A stretch of DNA of 61,822 bases, counting the filler, from Basidiobolus meristosporus CBS 931.73 (lineage: Eukaryota; Fungi; Basidiobolomycota): assembly GCA_002104905.1 (NCBI GenBank). It is 3 parts of 3 records of this genome, joined end to end, with 100 filler letters (N's around TTAATTAATTAA, not from the genome) between each part and the next. Parts side by side here need not be neighbours in the genome. Positions count along the whole stretch, not along the records: positions 31,598 to 61,822 come from MCFE01000853.1; 2 more parts are not named here. One strand, 5' to 3'. This document shows, piece after piece, positions 61,641 to 61,822 of this stretch. Numbering within the stretch: the stretch's first letter is position 1; every line of letters begins with the position of its first letter. Below the pieces are notes generated by a model. The model worked only from the letters and a program-made list of their open reading frames with translations, searched no databases and was not told the origin of the DNA. The translations under genes were made by a program, and so were the position numbers.

Positions 61641-61822
61641 CTTTGAGATTTCTCATATAGCCCCCTGACCAGCTCTATGAAATAACTGGAATCTCATACA
61701 TGTATATTTCAGAACTTGCAAATCATTGTTTAAAATCAGTTTGTGAGCACATTACTAACCCTTGAAGCTAGTGCTCAAAGTTGCTCAGGATTCATTCTTT
61801 CCAAGGTACCCAAAGCTAAAAT

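Noticed and set aside
1-61822. CRISPR arrays, rRNA genes, ascomycete-style RIP
   Set aside because: No repeat-spacer arrays or rRNA motifs seen; depletion is of CpG while CpA stays abundant, unlike RIP.

Overview
Eukaryotic DNA with short GT-AG introns and CTRAC branch points, most consistent with an early-diverging fungus (inference; possibly Zoopagomycota such as Basidiobolus). The window is three separate pieces joined by artificial 100-bp spacers (44N-TTAATTAATTAA-44N at 19663-19762 and 31498-31597), so adjacency across them is not biological. Piece 1 holds ~10 kb of nested, CpG-depleted Ty1/copia and Ty3/gypsy remnants, then a patatin TAG lipase, metaxin, a GPI-type Cys-rich protein, an LEA2-like membrane protein, histone H1 and an ALDH 3' end. 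Piece 2 holds a Cys/Pro-rich ORF, xanthine dehydrogenase, an ENA-type P-ATPase (frameshift, PEGL->PGGL) and a pRiA4b-ORF3-domain gene with a Cys-rich tail. Piece 3 holds LTR/LINE decay, two tandem small secreted Cys-rich proteins, tRNA-Leu(CAG) with a putative solo LTR 11 bp upstream, a young full-length copia (TSD ATGTG, one nonsense codon), a divergent intronless MDR/gulonolactone-oxidase-like pair and a 7TM gene with two GC-AG introns. I found no single unambiguous new system. The best leads are the possible tRNA-targeted LTR insertion, the non-canonical ENA pump, the MDR/GulLO pair and the pRiA4b fusion. All family calls are from motif recognition, not database searches.
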